A program made the position numbers and the translations under genes. A model generated the notes under the pieces. It searched no databases and was not told the DNA's origin. It saw nothing but the letters and a program-made list of their open reading frames with translations. This document shows positions 1 to 8,704 of a DNA stretch of 19,865 nucleotides, piece after piece. The DNA is taken from assembly GCA_002753725.1 (NCBI GenBank), contig PEAL01000065.1, positions 1 to 19,865 on the forward strand. The letters are read 5' to 3'. Source of the stretch: Deltaproteobacteria bacterium. Lineage in GTDB: Bacteria; Desulfobacterota; Desulfobacteria; Desulfobacterales; Magnetomoraceae. Every line of letters starts with the position of its first letter. Positions within the stretch are counted from its first letter, which is position 1.

Positions 1-5
1 TGTGC

Positions 6-22
6 CGCCCTTTCAGGGCTAA
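6..22. repeat. Copy 1 of a 17-nt GC-rich direct repeat, cgccctttcagggctaa. It contains a 5-bp stem (gccct/agggc) with a ttc loop.
   Basis: The same 17-mer occurs at 71-87, a 65-bp period. The stem-loop is readable directly in the sequence. The 3' flanks are related: ctaaaaca versus ctaagaaa. Confidence 0.6.
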
Positions 23-40
23 AACACCTCTATGCCATTA

Positions 41-59
41 CCCAGGGCGTTGCCCTGGG
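41..59. repeat. Perfect 8-bp-stem palindrome cccagggc-gtt-gccctggg, lying between the two direct-repeat copies.
   Basis: Read directly. It is built from the same gccct/agggc units as the flanking hairpins, with the arms swapped. Confidence 0.5.
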
Positions 60-70
60 CTGGTATTTAA

Positions 71-87
71 CGCCCTTTCAGGGCTAA
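71..87. repeat. Copy 2 of the 17-nt GC-rich hairpin direct repeat. It is followed by taagaaa, resembling the 3' handle of some CRISPR repeat families.
   Basis: Identical to 6-22. The upstream flank differs (tttaac versus tgtgcc), so the repeat is short or degenerate. Confidence 0.6.
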
Positions 88-116
88 GAAAAAAGTGCAA
101 CTTTTTTGTGTTGCAC
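88..116 (-). terminator. Hairpin gtgcaac/gttgcac (7-bp stem, 8-nt loop). Read on the minus strand it is followed by a T6 run, giving an intrinsic-terminator-like structure.
   Basis: Inverted repeat at 95-101 and 110-116. The A-run at 89-94 becomes a downstream T-run on the minus strand. No minus-strand gene is visible to its right inside the window, so its role is uncertain. Confidence 0.3.
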
Positions 117-364
117 CCCTCTCATTATAGTCAATTACCAATCAATAAAAATGGCCTAACTAAATAGTCTAAACCTTAAAAACTTGCAATTTGGTTTATG
201 GATTCAGTGGATTCAGTTCCAGAATAACATGTTTACAGCGTGACAGTCTGCTTGTAAAATGGTATGTAAGTTTCAAAGAGATAACAAACATTCTCCCTTT
301 GAAAGAAGAGGGATCATACAACGGTCATTCGTATTATCTGACAGAAAAAAAATGCAAACATCAT

Positions 365-967
365 ATGTATCCTGAAAATGAAAAACTTAATCTGAAAATT
401 GATCCTTCAACGGTTTATAGAATATTCCTCATCATATTCTTTTTCAGCGAGGTATTCATATTTTTCTATTTCTATTCATCACCGAATTTTTTCACAATTT
501 CATGGAAATCCTATCTATTGACTGCGCTTCTTTTGCCCATTATTTCAATATTTATTATGGGTATCATTATAGAAAGTTTTAATGCTTTTTTTTACAAAAA
601 TGAAGATAACAGTGAAACAGATCAACGTTTAGTTGATGAAGGCATCCCCCTTGTATTTGATACGCCCTTTTCGTCAATACATCAGTTATGGTTTCGCCTC
701 CCCTTTCTTTTAAGACTGTTTTTACTGATCATTAGCATCATCATTTTTTATTATATCAGCGCATCTGTTGATATAATGATTTATACGTTGTTTGGATTTC
801 TTTTTTTTGCCATTGTAATAGCCTTTATTTATGCTATATTCAGCATGATTTTAAATTATAAGGTAAAAATAGCAAAACTGGATGTGTATTTTTTGACAAA
901 ACAAACGTTAATTGATCAGGACATATCTAAAAGCATCAAACAGATTGCTCCTGACCCAATAAGTTAA
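365..967 (+). CDS. Hypothetical small integral membrane protein of about 200 aa with 4 predicted TM helices. Paralog of the next gene.
   Basis: Open frame 191-967. The first in-frame ATG is at 365; position 191 is a TTG. Four long hydrophobic segments are present. TM2 shares the motif LLPIIS...IIESFNAFFYKNEDNSE with the next ORF (LIVPLLE...ITEAFNIIFLKNDDSKSN). The polar C-terminal tail is also similar. Confidence 0.5.
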   Translation: MYPENEKLNLKIDPSTVYRIFLIIFFFSEVFIFFYFYSSPNFFTISWKSYLLTALLLPIISIFIMGIIIESFNAFFYKNEDNSETDQRLVDEGIPLVFDTPFSSIHQLWFRLPFLLRLFLLIISIIIFYYISASVDIMIYTLFGFLFFAIVIAFIYAIFSMILNYKVKIAKLDVYFLTKQTLIDQDISKSIKQIAPDPIS

Positions 968-972
968 TTGAA

Positions 973-1566
973 ATGAAAAACAATAATATGAAAGGTATTG
1001 TCAGATTTTTTAGGATGGGCGATATTGAGTCTCTCTTTTATTTTTATCTTTGCTTTGTGGGGCTGTCTGAAATTTTTATACTATGTTTCTTTAGAAAGTT
1101 ATCACATGTAACGCATTCGCCTTTTGATTTGAAAACCTGCTTTTTTGCATTGTTAATTGTTCCGCTACTTGAAACAATGGTCTTAGGCTTTATTACAGAA
1201 GCATTTAATATTATATTTTTAAAAAATGATGATTCAAAAAGTAACAAAACCTTCTGGTTTATCGACAGAAAGACCAAGGTTCCATTTATTTTTTCTCTTC
1301 TGTTGGTGATATTTGGTCTTTATAGCGTAATAAATATCGACAGGATATATTTATATTTTAATCAGCCTGAGATGCCTTTTTCAAAATTCATTTCTATTTT
1401 TTTGATTACCTTATTCGTGGGGATTTTTATTCTTTTTGTTTTGCAAGTGTTTTTATCCTATAAGCTCAAGCTAAAAATAATGACGCTTCAGTTATCGTTT
1501 GACCAGAAAAATTATTTATCTAAGCAATCAGAGCAATTGATTTCGTTGGACAACGATGATTCTTAG
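973..1566 (+). CDS. Hypothetical small integral membrane protein of 197 aa with 4 predicted TM helices. Tandem paralog of the previous gene.
   Basis: Starts 6 nt after the previous stop and has the same topology and conserved Pro/Glu TM2 motif. An alternative ATG lies at 988. Confidence 0.55.
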   Translation: MKNNNMKGIVRFFRMGDIESLFYFYLCFVGLSEIFILCFFRKLSHVTHSPFDLKTCFFALLIVPLLETMVLGFITEAFNIIFLKNDDSKSNKTFWFIDRKTKVPFIFSLLLVIFGLYSVINIDRIYLYFNQPEMPFSKFISIFLITLFVGIFILFVLQVFLSYKLKLKIMTLQLSFDQKNYLSKQSEQLISLDNDDS

Positions 1567-1604
1567 GAATGCTCGAAAAATAAGTTCTCCATTTTAGATT
1601 GGAG

Positions 1605-1626
1605 TCCCAAAGCTTTAGCTTTGGGA
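1605..1626. terminator. Hairpin tcccaaagc-ttta-gctttggga (9-bp stem) between convergent genes. Possibly a bidirectional terminator.
   Basis: Perfect inverted repeat read directly. A T-rich stretch (ttcttttat) follows on the plus side. It lies downstream of both the plus-strand gene ending at 1566 and the minus-strand gene ending at 1806. Confidence 0.35.
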
Positions 1627-1793
1627 GTTATTCTCAGGTTCTTTTATCGGATGCCAGAACAAGCAAGAGACCAATAATCGGTGTTAACAAAATGGATCCA
1701 AAAAAATATCCCCAAAAACCAAATTTTCGATTGGCTCCGAAAAGTCCAATGAACAAACAAATCATAAAATAGATTGCATAATGCATATGTGTT

Positions 1794-1814
1794 ATTCCTT
1801 ATTCCTTATTCCTT
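1794..1814. repeat. Three tandem copies of the 7-mer attcctt, overlapping the stop codon of the giant minus-strand gene.
   Basis: Read directly: attccttattccttattcctt. Confidence 0.4.
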
Positions 1815-2147
1815 ATAAAAAATGATGGCTTCGGCACGCCGATTTTTTAGTTTTCCTTCTGGCGTTACATTTTCTGTAATGGGGCGTGTCTCGCCATAAC
1901 CTTTAGATGTCAGTCGCTGGGATGATATGTTAAAGGTTTTAATCAGATATGTTCGGATATAATCCGCGCGTTGCTGTGAAAGCTCTACATTTTTATCTTC
2001 ATCGCCGGAATTATCTGTATGTGCTTCAATCGTCGCATAAACATCAGGATACTGATTTAATAATTTTCCCAGAGCATTGATACGAGCATGGCTGATGGGT
2101 TTAATGGCTGATGCATAAAAATGAACATTTAAATCATAATGAAGCGA
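1806..2147 (-). other. OmpA-like (OmpA_C / MotB-type) peptidoglycan-binding domain at the C-terminus of the giant protein.
   Basis: Motif string ...ATIEAHTDNSGDEDKNVELSQQRADYIRTYL...LTSKGYGETRPI...TPEGKLKNRRAEAII matches the conserved OmpA C-terminal domain signature (TD..G....N..LS..RA..V, GYGE, NRRVE). Confidence 0.8.
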
Positions 2148-5100
2148 TGTGTCTGATGTTGTCAGTTGTGCAAAGGCTGATTGAACAGGGGTTACATTAC
2201 CTGCCCGATCTCGTGCCTGGAGATGAATAAACCATCGGCCATCTTTTTGCGAGAGTGTCGTTTGGGTGATGGATTGAAAGTCACCCGATGGTATGGATGT
2301 CGGTTTTTGATCAATAACATATCGATAGTGAATGATTGGATCATTATCTTTCGCATGCCATGTCCATTGTTTTATTTTTTGAGGAATAATGTCATTAATC
2401 ATTGTATCAAAAACAGGAGGTGTATTATCCAATAATGCAGATACTGTATATACTTCACTGATATTCCCGGCCCTGTCCGTTGCCTGTACATGAATGTATC
2501 TTTTGCCATCACCCTCTGATATTTCAGCGGTATGATGGTCTTTAAAAGGCCCTGATGGCACTGAGATTTCCGATGAGTTGATGACCCATCGAAATGTGAC
2601 CTGTTGATCCATATCTGTAGCATTCCACGACCAGGTTTTCCTTTGTAAGGGTACAGGATCATCCTGAAGTCCATTAATCATCGGTTTTTGATTATCAATT
2701 ATTGCGGATACTGTTTTTACAGCACTGATATTTCCAGCGCGATCCTGTGCTTGTACATGAATATACCATCGCCCATTAACATCAGATAAGTGAGCCTGAA
2801 ATACAGGGCTAAAAACAGTTGATGGTGACGTTTCAGGTTTCTGATCAATATGATATCGGTACAAGATATTAGAATCAGCATCCCTGGCGGTCCATGACCA
2901 TTGAATCTGCTTTTGGGGAATCAAATGGTCTGCCAGACCTTCTATTTCCGGAGGAATCCTATCCAATATTGCGTAAACTGTTTTCGTGGCACTGACATTC
3001 CCAGCCCGGTCTTTGCCCTGGATATGAAAATACCAGACACCATTCGCATTGGAGAGGCCTGTTTCATTTGTGTGCGTAAAAGAACCTGTTGGCTCAGCAT
3101 CTGAGCGTTGATCAAGAAGCCATCGATAAGCAATCTGTTCATCATCATCGTTGGCGCGCCATTGCCATTGTTTGGATTGAACAGGTGTATCGTCATTTGA
3201 AAGGTGAGTGATTACGGGTGGTTTGTTATCTAACACACAATGGACAGTCAATACATTACTGATATTAAACGCCCTGTCTTGTGCCTGAACATGAAGATAA
3301 AACAAACCATTTTCATTTTCAAGCCGTGCTTGGGTTATTTGTGAGAATTGATTTTTCGGTACAGTGTAAGCATTTTGGTCAATGATATATCGATATTGAA
3401 TAAAGAGATCGTTATCTTTAGCGCTCCATTGCCATTGTTTGGATGTTGAAGGGGTGGTATCACTGGCAAGTTGTATTAGAATCGGTGGCTCATTATCCAA
3501 AATTGCTGAAACAGTTTTGACAGAACTTAGATTTCCTGCATAATCTTTCGCCTGAACATGTAAATACCATGTGCCATCTTTATCCGCGATGCGTGCCTTT
3601 GTGATATTTTTGAATAGGCCTGTTGGTATGGACTCAAAATTTTGATCAATAACATATCGATATCGAACATCAGTATGGGCATCATGGCTGTTCCAGTGCC
3701 ATTCTTTTTGTTGATGAGGAACTTTATCATCTTCCAGTCCAAAAATCTTTGGCGATTGATTATCCAATATGGCCACCGCTGTGGTAACCGGACTGATATT
3801 CCCTGCCTGATCTTTTGCCTGAATATGAATATACCATTTTCCATTGGATTGTTTCAACGTGGCTTGAGAGATATTCGTGTATTCTCCAGTTGGCACAGAA
3901 TCAGATGTCTGATCAATGGTATATCGATACAAGCATGACACTTCATTGGCAGCATCCCACGACCAGACCTTTTTTTGAACGGGAGTAAGATAATCAGTAA
4001 TGCCTGTGATTATGGGAGATGAACGATCGATGATTGCAGACACAGTCACGATATCACTCAAATTTCCAGCACGATCCCGTGCCTGTACATGGAGGTACCA
4101 CGTCCCTTCACCATTGGACAATTCACATGAATGATGATCGGTAAATGAGGTTGTTGGAATACCATTTGCCAATTGATCGACCTGATAGCGATATTGAGTA
4201 TATGAGTCATTATCCTCAACCTGCCATTGCCAATGGATGGTTTGTGCTGGTATTAAAACGTTATTCAAGCCGGTTATGACCGGAAGGGTAGTGTCTATCA
4301 CGATAGAAGCAGTGACAACATCACTGATATTATTCGCTGAGTCTCTGGCCTGTACATGAATAAACCAGAGCCCCTCCGTGTGGGACAGGCTCGCCTGGTT
4401 GATGGAATTAAACGAACCGGTTGGTTGTGATCGTTGTTTTTGATCAATGGAATATCGATAGTAAATGTTTGCATCAGTATCTTTGCCATACCATCTCCAA
4501 GTATGTGATTTCATAGGCTGATGAATATCTGAAAGCCCTGAAAGACTTGGGGCTGTACGATCAATAATGGCTGAAACGGTTTTGATGGGACTCAAATTAC
4601 CGGCGGTATCTTTAGCCTGTATGGATAAATAAAACACGCCTTCACCATCAGAAAAACTAACGGTATTGGTATAAGCAAACGTACCCGATGGTTTAATTTC
4701 AGGATGTTGTGTAATCACATAACGATACATCACATGAGGATCATCATCTCTTGCACGCCATGACCATTTTTTTTGCTGTGTTGGAATGGGATCAACGTTG
4801 ATATCCACTATTTCAGGGGCAATAGTATCCAGTCTGGCAGAGACAGTGACCACATTACTTACATTATCCGCCCTGTCCCTGGCCTGAACATGTAAATAGA
4901 ATATGCCATGATTATTGGAAATCTCTGCATATGTTATATCTGAAAAAGGACCAGAAGGTGTATATTGCTCAAAAGGGTTGATCGCATATCGATACATCAG
5001 TTCTGTATCCTGATCCTTTCCATGCCATATCCATTTTTTTTGGCTGACAGGGTTTATATCACTGGATAAGCCTTCAATGGTTGGAGGAATCGTATCAAAA

Positions 5101-8100
5101 TTTGCCCATACTGTTTGGGATGTGCTGATATTGCCAGCCCGGTCTTTTGACTGAACGTGAAGGAACCATCGGCCATTAATATTCTTTCCTGTAAAACAGG
5201 TCGTGGTATCAAAATCAGTTGAAAATTGTGCCTCGGAATGTTGAGTGAACGAATAACGCGATTTTACGCCGCTATCCTGATCAATTAATTGCCAGGCCCA
5301 TTGTTTGGACTGAACAGGATATGCAACAGAGGATAGCCCTTTTATTACAGGAGGAGTATTATCAAGAATACTTGACACTGTAACGATTTCACTGGTATTC
5401 CCAGCGCGATCCAGTGCCTGAACATGAATAAACCATGTCCCTTCAGCATTAGATAGATGAGCAGAGGTCACATGGGTAAAGGATGTTGTGGGGGATGCAT
5501 CGGCACGTTGATCGATAATATAGCGATGCAATACGTCTGGATCATTATCCAGGGTTGCCCATGTCCATGATTGATTCCTGACTGGATACAGATTATCTGT
5601 AAGTCCGATAATTTCAGGCGGGGTGTTGTCAATGATTGCAGAAACTGTGATGTGTTCACTAAGATTTCCTGCCTGATCTTTTGCCATAACATGCAAATAC
5701 CAGATGCCATCACCTTCTTCAATCGTGGCCTTGGCTTCTGGTTTGAATTGTCCAGATGGCGGTGCATCTTTATTTTGATCGATAGAAAATTGATAACTGA
5801 CGGTTTCATCCAAAGGTTCAGAATACCATGTCCATTTTTTCTGGTGTTTAGGTATAGAATCGTTTGAAAGCCCTTTAATGATTGGTGCTGTGTTATCCAA
5901 AATGGCTGAAACGCGAATTATTTCACTCAAATTGCCAGCACGGTCTTTTGCTTGAAGAAAAAGATAGCACATCTGATTTTCACCAGAGATTTCAACAGAT
6001 GTTTCATGCGTGTAAGAGCCGAACGGTTGTTTCTCAAGCGTTTTACTGATAGCATACCGATAGTCAAGGTATGGATCAGCATCATGGCCTTTCCATTGCC
6101 ATTTTTTTCTTTGTGTGGGAACGGGGTCATCATCTAACCCACTAATAACCGGGGCTGTGTTGTCCAGCAATTCAGAAACAGTGGCAACATTACTTTCATT
6201 TCCTGCGCGATCAATGGCCTGAACATGCAAATACCATCGGCCATCACCACTGGATATCGATGCCGTGTTCGTATATTGATAATTACCATCAGGTAAGGCG
6301 TTTTCATTTTGGGTGATTAAATACCGGTATACAATTTGGTGATCAGCGTCTTTTGCCTGCCAGTTCCATTTTATTTTTTTTACAGGATGCATTACAGGAG
6401 ATAATCCCGTGACTACCGGCTTTGTTGTATCGATGAGAGCTTTCACTGTAACCACAGAACTTAAATTGCCAGCAGTATCTTGTGCCTGTACATGGAGATA
6501 CCAAAGACCATCCGTTTCATAAATGGGTGTTGAATGAATCGTTGAAAAAATTCCCAATGGTTTGGAATCATAGAATTGATCAATTAAAATTCGAAAGCGA
6601 ACAGTGGGGTCAGCATCTTCTGCATGCCAAGAAAAAGATTTACTTCTTACCGGCGTTACTTCCCTGTCATCAGAAAGCCCCTTAATAACAGGCGGTAATT
6701 GATCCAACAGACAATATACATGATAAACCTTACTGAGATTGCCTGCCCAGTCTTTTGCCTGAACATGAAGATACCACCGCCCATCGACATCTTTAATTGT
6801 TGCGGTAGTTGTTTTTTTAAATTCTGTTTCAATGAGGGACTGTTCTTTCTGGTCAATGGTATACCGAAATGTCGCATTTTCATTTGAATGGGTTTTCCAG
6901 GCCCATATTTTCTGTTTTTTAGGAACGGAATCATTTTCAATACCCACAATTCTGGGAGGCACATTATCCAGAACCACAGAGACCGTGACAACATTGCTGA
7001 GATTTCCGGCGCGATCTGTTGCCTGAACATGGAGATAGCATAAGCCTTCAATATCTTTGGCAATCGCAGAATGTGTTGAATTAAACGGTCCTTCAGGTTT
7101 TGAATCAGGATGATGATCGATCAAATACCTGAAAAGAATAGTGGTATCATCATCCTTTGCTGACCATGTCCATCGTTTAACTGTTGTGGACGTTAATGAA
7201 TCAGACAGGCCGATAATTATTGGCGCTGTGGTATCAAGAATTGTCTGGACAGTGACAGTATTGCTTTCATTGCCTGCTGTATCGCATGCCTGAAGATGTA
7301 GATACCAGATACCATCATCATAATAATTTTTATCCAGTTGAATCATGCGGGTGAATGTATATGCACCTTTTGGATGAGAATCGGCAAACTGATCGACAAG
7401 ATATCGAAACCGAACATTGGGGTCAGCATCGTTTGCTGATAGCATCCATTTTTGTATGGACACTGGCGTAATCGAATGAGCAATATCATTAATGAGTGGT
7501 GGTATGGTGTCAATTGTAATGGATAACAACTCAGAAATACTGATATTTTCATCACTCTGGGTTTGATAATGTGCAGATAATTCATGTGTCCCTTCAGTCA
7601 AATCAATGTTAAACTGAAAAATATCTGCTGTGATGACTGTCGTTGCCCCTGATAAAGCATTTCCATCAACAAGAAGAACCACTGTCTGGTCGATATCTCC
7701 GAATCCTTGAATGTGTAAATTTTTAGATTGGCGGGTGATCCTATCGGTATTGAAAAAACCTGTATCATGTTCAGGTTCCAAGGATAGATTATATGGTTTT
7801 GGGTAGTGTGAATAAATGCCTTCTCCCCAGAAAATGTCAGCATGTTCTGTTTTATTCACCGCATTTTGTTTATTTCGAATATTGGTATACGCAATTGAAA
7901 TGGCATTGGAATCAGCATATTCAGACAAATAAATTTCATAGGGCATTTGTTCATTCCACAACGTTGCATGCGTCATAGTAAGAGAAGAATGATAAGCAAA
8001 AATGGCAGAGGAAACAGGGGCATCATTAACGGGGTGATTTTGGGTTAAAACCGTGCGAAATATATTTATCGTTGATTTTTGGGCGTAAATGGCTATTCCG

Positions 8101-8693
8101 GAAGTGGCTTTATTGTTCATCAATGTGACATTCGATAAGATCATATCTGAACCCTGACAATATATCCCTGCACCTGAACTGTTTGCTGTATTATGGACAA
8201 TGGCTGTTTGAGTGAGAGTCATGTTAGCGTACACGCAATATATACCACCGCCTTGTTCTGCGGTATTTTCTTTGATAATGACATTCACGAATTGAGGTGA
8301 TGCACCTCTGCAATAGACCCCTCCGCCGAGGTAAAAGGATTTTATGTCAGCTTTTCCATTGATGAGCGAAACATTACTGATGTGCGTTTTTTGATCCACA
8401 ATACCACCCAATGATTCATCAAAAAGCAACACACTTGAACGTTGGCAGCCATCAATGATTGTCTTGTTCTTGTCTTCACCAGACAGCTGAATGCCATTGA
8501 CTTTTGGCCATATAATATTTTCACGATAATTCCCATTTTTAATCAAAATGGTATCGTTGGATGTTGCAGAATTCAATGCTTGCTGGATGGTTTTAAAATC
8601 CGCTGGTACATGTAACATACGTGCATATGTGATTGAACATGCAAATAATAAAAAAAGAATACAAAATAAATATGGTTTAATGCTTGTTCTCAT
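1806..8693 (-). CDS. Giant cell-surface protein of about 2295 aa. It has a signal peptide, a right-handed parallel beta-helix domain, about 20 tandem Ig-like (beta-sandwich) repeats and a C-terminal OmpA-like peptidoglycan-binding domain. Adhesin-like.
   Basis: Continuous ORF 1806-8804. The start is assigned to the ATG at 8693, where the N-terminus MRTSIKPYLFCILFLLFACSITYA-RM is a classic Sec signal peptide. The upstream in-frame part overlaps the preceding gene. The C-terminus carries the OmpA/MotB-type motif HTDNSGDEDKNVELSQQRADYIRTYL...GYGETRP...EGKLKNRRAE. The N-terminal region has GGGVYC/GGGIYC/GAGIYC motifs typical of parallel beta-helix (PbH1) repeats. The middle carries about 20 repeats of consensus W.W...D.D....YRY.IDQ....P.G.F....A.I...DG.WYLHVQA.D.AGN.S.V.TVSAILDNTPP.I.GL. 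Confidence 0.85.
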   Translation of the reverse strand: MRTSIKPYLFCILFLLFACSITYARMLHVPADFKTIQQALNSATSNDTILIKNGNYRENIIWPKVNGIQLSGEDKNKTIIDGCQRSSVLLFDESLGGIVDQKTHISNVSLINGKADIKSFYLGGGVYCRGASPQFVNVIIKENTAEQGGGIYCVYANMTLTQTAIVHNTANSSGAGIYCQGSDMILSNVTLMNNKATSGIAIYAQKSTINIFRTVLTQNHPVNDAPVSSAIFAYHSSLTMTHATLWNEQMPYEIYLSEYADSNAISIAYTNIRNKQNAVNKTEHADIFWGEGIYSHYPKPYNLSLEPEHDTGFFNTDRITRQSKNLHIQGFGDIDQTVVLLVDGNALSGATTVITADIFQFNIDLTEGTHELSAHYQTQSDENISISELLSITIDTIPPLINDIAHSITPVSIQKWMLSANDADPNVRFRYLVDQFADSHPKGAYTFTRMIQLDKNYYDDGIWYLHLQACDTAGNESNTVTVQTILDTTAPIIIGLSDSLTSTTVKRWTWSAKDDDTTILFRYLIDHHPDSKPEGPFNSTHSAIAKDIEGLCYLHVQATDRAGNLSNVVTVSVVLDNVPPRIVGIENDSVPKKQKIWAWKTHSNENATFRYTIDQKEQSLIETEFKKTTTATIKDVDGRWYLHVQAKDWAGNLSKVYHVYCLLDQLPPVIKGLSDDREVTPVRSKSFSWHAEDADPTVRFRILIDQFYDSKPLGIFSTIHSTPIYETDGLWYLHVQAQDTAGNLSSVVTVKALIDTTKPVVTGLSPVMHPVKKIKWNWQAKDADHQIVYRYLITQNENALPDGNYQYTNTASISSGDGRWYLHVQAIDRAGNESNVATVSELLDNTAPVISGLDDDPVPTQRKKWQWKGHDADPYLDYRYAISKTLEKQPFGSYTHETSVEISGENQMCYLFLQAKDRAGNLSEIIRVSAILDNTAPIIKGLSNDSIPKHQKKWTWYSEPLDETVSYQFSIDQNKDAPPSGQFKPEAKATIEEGDGIWYLHVMAKDQAGNLSEHITVSAIIDNTPPEIIGLTDNLYPVRNQSWTWATLDNDPDVLHRYIIDQRADASPTTSFTHVTSAHLSNAEGTWFIHVQALDRAGNTSEIVTVSSILDNTPPVIKGLSSVAYPVQSKQWAWQLIDQDSGVKSRYSFTQHSEAQFSTDFDTTTCFTGKNINGRWFLHVQSKDRAGNISTSQTVWANFDTIPPTIEGLSSDINPVSQKKWIWHGKDQDTELMYRYAINPFEQYTPSGPFSDITYAEISNNHGIFYLHVQARDRADNVSNVVTVSARLDTIAPEIVDINVDPIPTQQKKWSWRARDDDPHVMYRYVITQHPEIKPSGTFAYTNTVSFSDGEGVFYLSIQAKDTAGNLSPIKTVSAIIDRTAPSLSGLSDIHQPMKSHTWRWYGKDTDANIYYRYSIDQKQRSQPTGSFNSINQASLSHTEGLWFIHVQARDSANNISDVVTASIVIDTTLPVITGLNNVLIPAQTIHWQWQVEDNDSYTQYRYQVDQLANGIPTTSFTDHHSCELSNGEGTWYLHVQARDRAGNLSDIVTVSAIIDRSSPIITGITDYLTPVQKKVWSWDAANEVSCLYRYTIDQTSDSVPTGEYTNISQATLKQSNGKWYIHIQAKDQAGNISPVTTAVAILDNQSPKIFGLEDDKVPHQQKEWHWNSHDAHTDVRYRYVIDQNFESIPTGLFKNITKARIADKDGTWYLHVQAKDYAGNLSSVKTVSAILDNEPPILIQLASDTTPSTSKQWQWSAKDNDLFIQYRYIIDQNAYTVPKNQFSQITQARLENENGLFYLHVQAQDRAFNISNVLTVHCVLDNKPPVITHLSNDDTPVQSKQWQWRANDDDEQIAYRWLLDQRSDAEPTGSFTHTNETGLSNANGVWYFHIQGKDRAGNVSATKTVYAILDRIPPEIEGLADHLIPQKQIQWSWTARDADSNILYRYHIDQKPETSPSTVFSPVFQAHLSDVNGRWYIHVQAQDRAGNISAVKTVSAIIDNQKPMINGLQDDPVPLQRKTWSWNATDMDQQVTFRWVINSSEISVPSGPFKDHHTAEISEGDGKRYIHVQATDRAGNISEVYTVSALLDNTPPVFDTMINDIIPQKIKQWTWHAKDNDPIIHYRYVIDQKPTSIPSGDFQSITQTTLSQKDGRWFIHLQARDRAGNVTPVQSAFAQLTTSDTSLHYDLNVHFYASAIKPISHARINALGKLLNQYPDVYATIEAHTDNSGDEDKNVELSQQRADYIRTYLIKTFNISSQRLTSKGYGETRPITENVTPEGKLKNRRAEAIIFYKE
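2190..7505 (-). repeat. Tandem array of about 20 diverged ~265-bp repeats, each encoding an ~88-aa Ig-like domain with a YLHVQA.D.AGN.S motif.
   Basis: The motif WYLHVQA[KRQT]D[RQT]AGN[LI]S recurs about every 88 residues in the translation. The DNA shows recurring blocks such as ccattgccattgtttgga and cctgaacatg(a/t)a(g/a)ataccat at the same period. Confidence 0.8.
7604..8612 (-). other. Right-handed parallel beta-helix (pectate-lyase-fold, PbH1-repeat) domain in the N-terminal part of the giant protein.
   Basis: Consecutive short repeats with hydrophobic/Gly ladders: GGGVYCRGASPQFVNVII, GGGIYCVYANMTLTQTAIVHN, GAGIYCQGSDMILSNVTLMNN, SGIAIYAQKSTINIFRTVLTQN. Confidence 0.6.
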
Positions 8694-8704
8694 GTTCTGT
8701 CCAT

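Noticed and set aside
1-125. tRNA or other structured RNA gene at the 5' edge
   Set aside because: The hairpins have 3-nt loops and no cloverleaf arrangement or anticodon-loop geometry. They are better explained as repeat or terminator hairpins.
191-364. N-terminal extension of the first membrane-protein ORF, starting at position 191
   Set aside because: Position 191 is a TTG, not an ATG. The first in-frame ATG at 365 gives a protein the same size as its paralog (201 versus 197 aa) with the hydrophobic segments aligned. The extension (MVYGFSGFSSRITCLQRD...) has no counterpart in the paralog.
1044-1277. Minus-strand 77-aa ORF inside the second membrane-protein gene
   Set aside because: It is antisense to a CDS whose paralog relationship supports the plus-strand frame.
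1693-1773. Short plus-strand ORF (about 26 aa, MDPKKYPQKPNFRLAPKSPMNKQIIK) in the convergent intergenic region
   Set aside because: It is too short and has no RBS or conservation evidence. It sits downstream of the hairpin. It is most likely non-coding spacer.
2181-7978. Numerous 60-135-aa ORFs on both strands inside the giant gene (for example 2181-2435 +, 2399-2674 -, 3527-3844 -, 5468-5809 -, 6656-7063 -)
   Set aside because: They lie antisense or out of frame within a well-supported 6.9-kb coding region and recur with the ~265-bp repeat period. Their translations are low-complexity. They are frame artefacts of the repeats.
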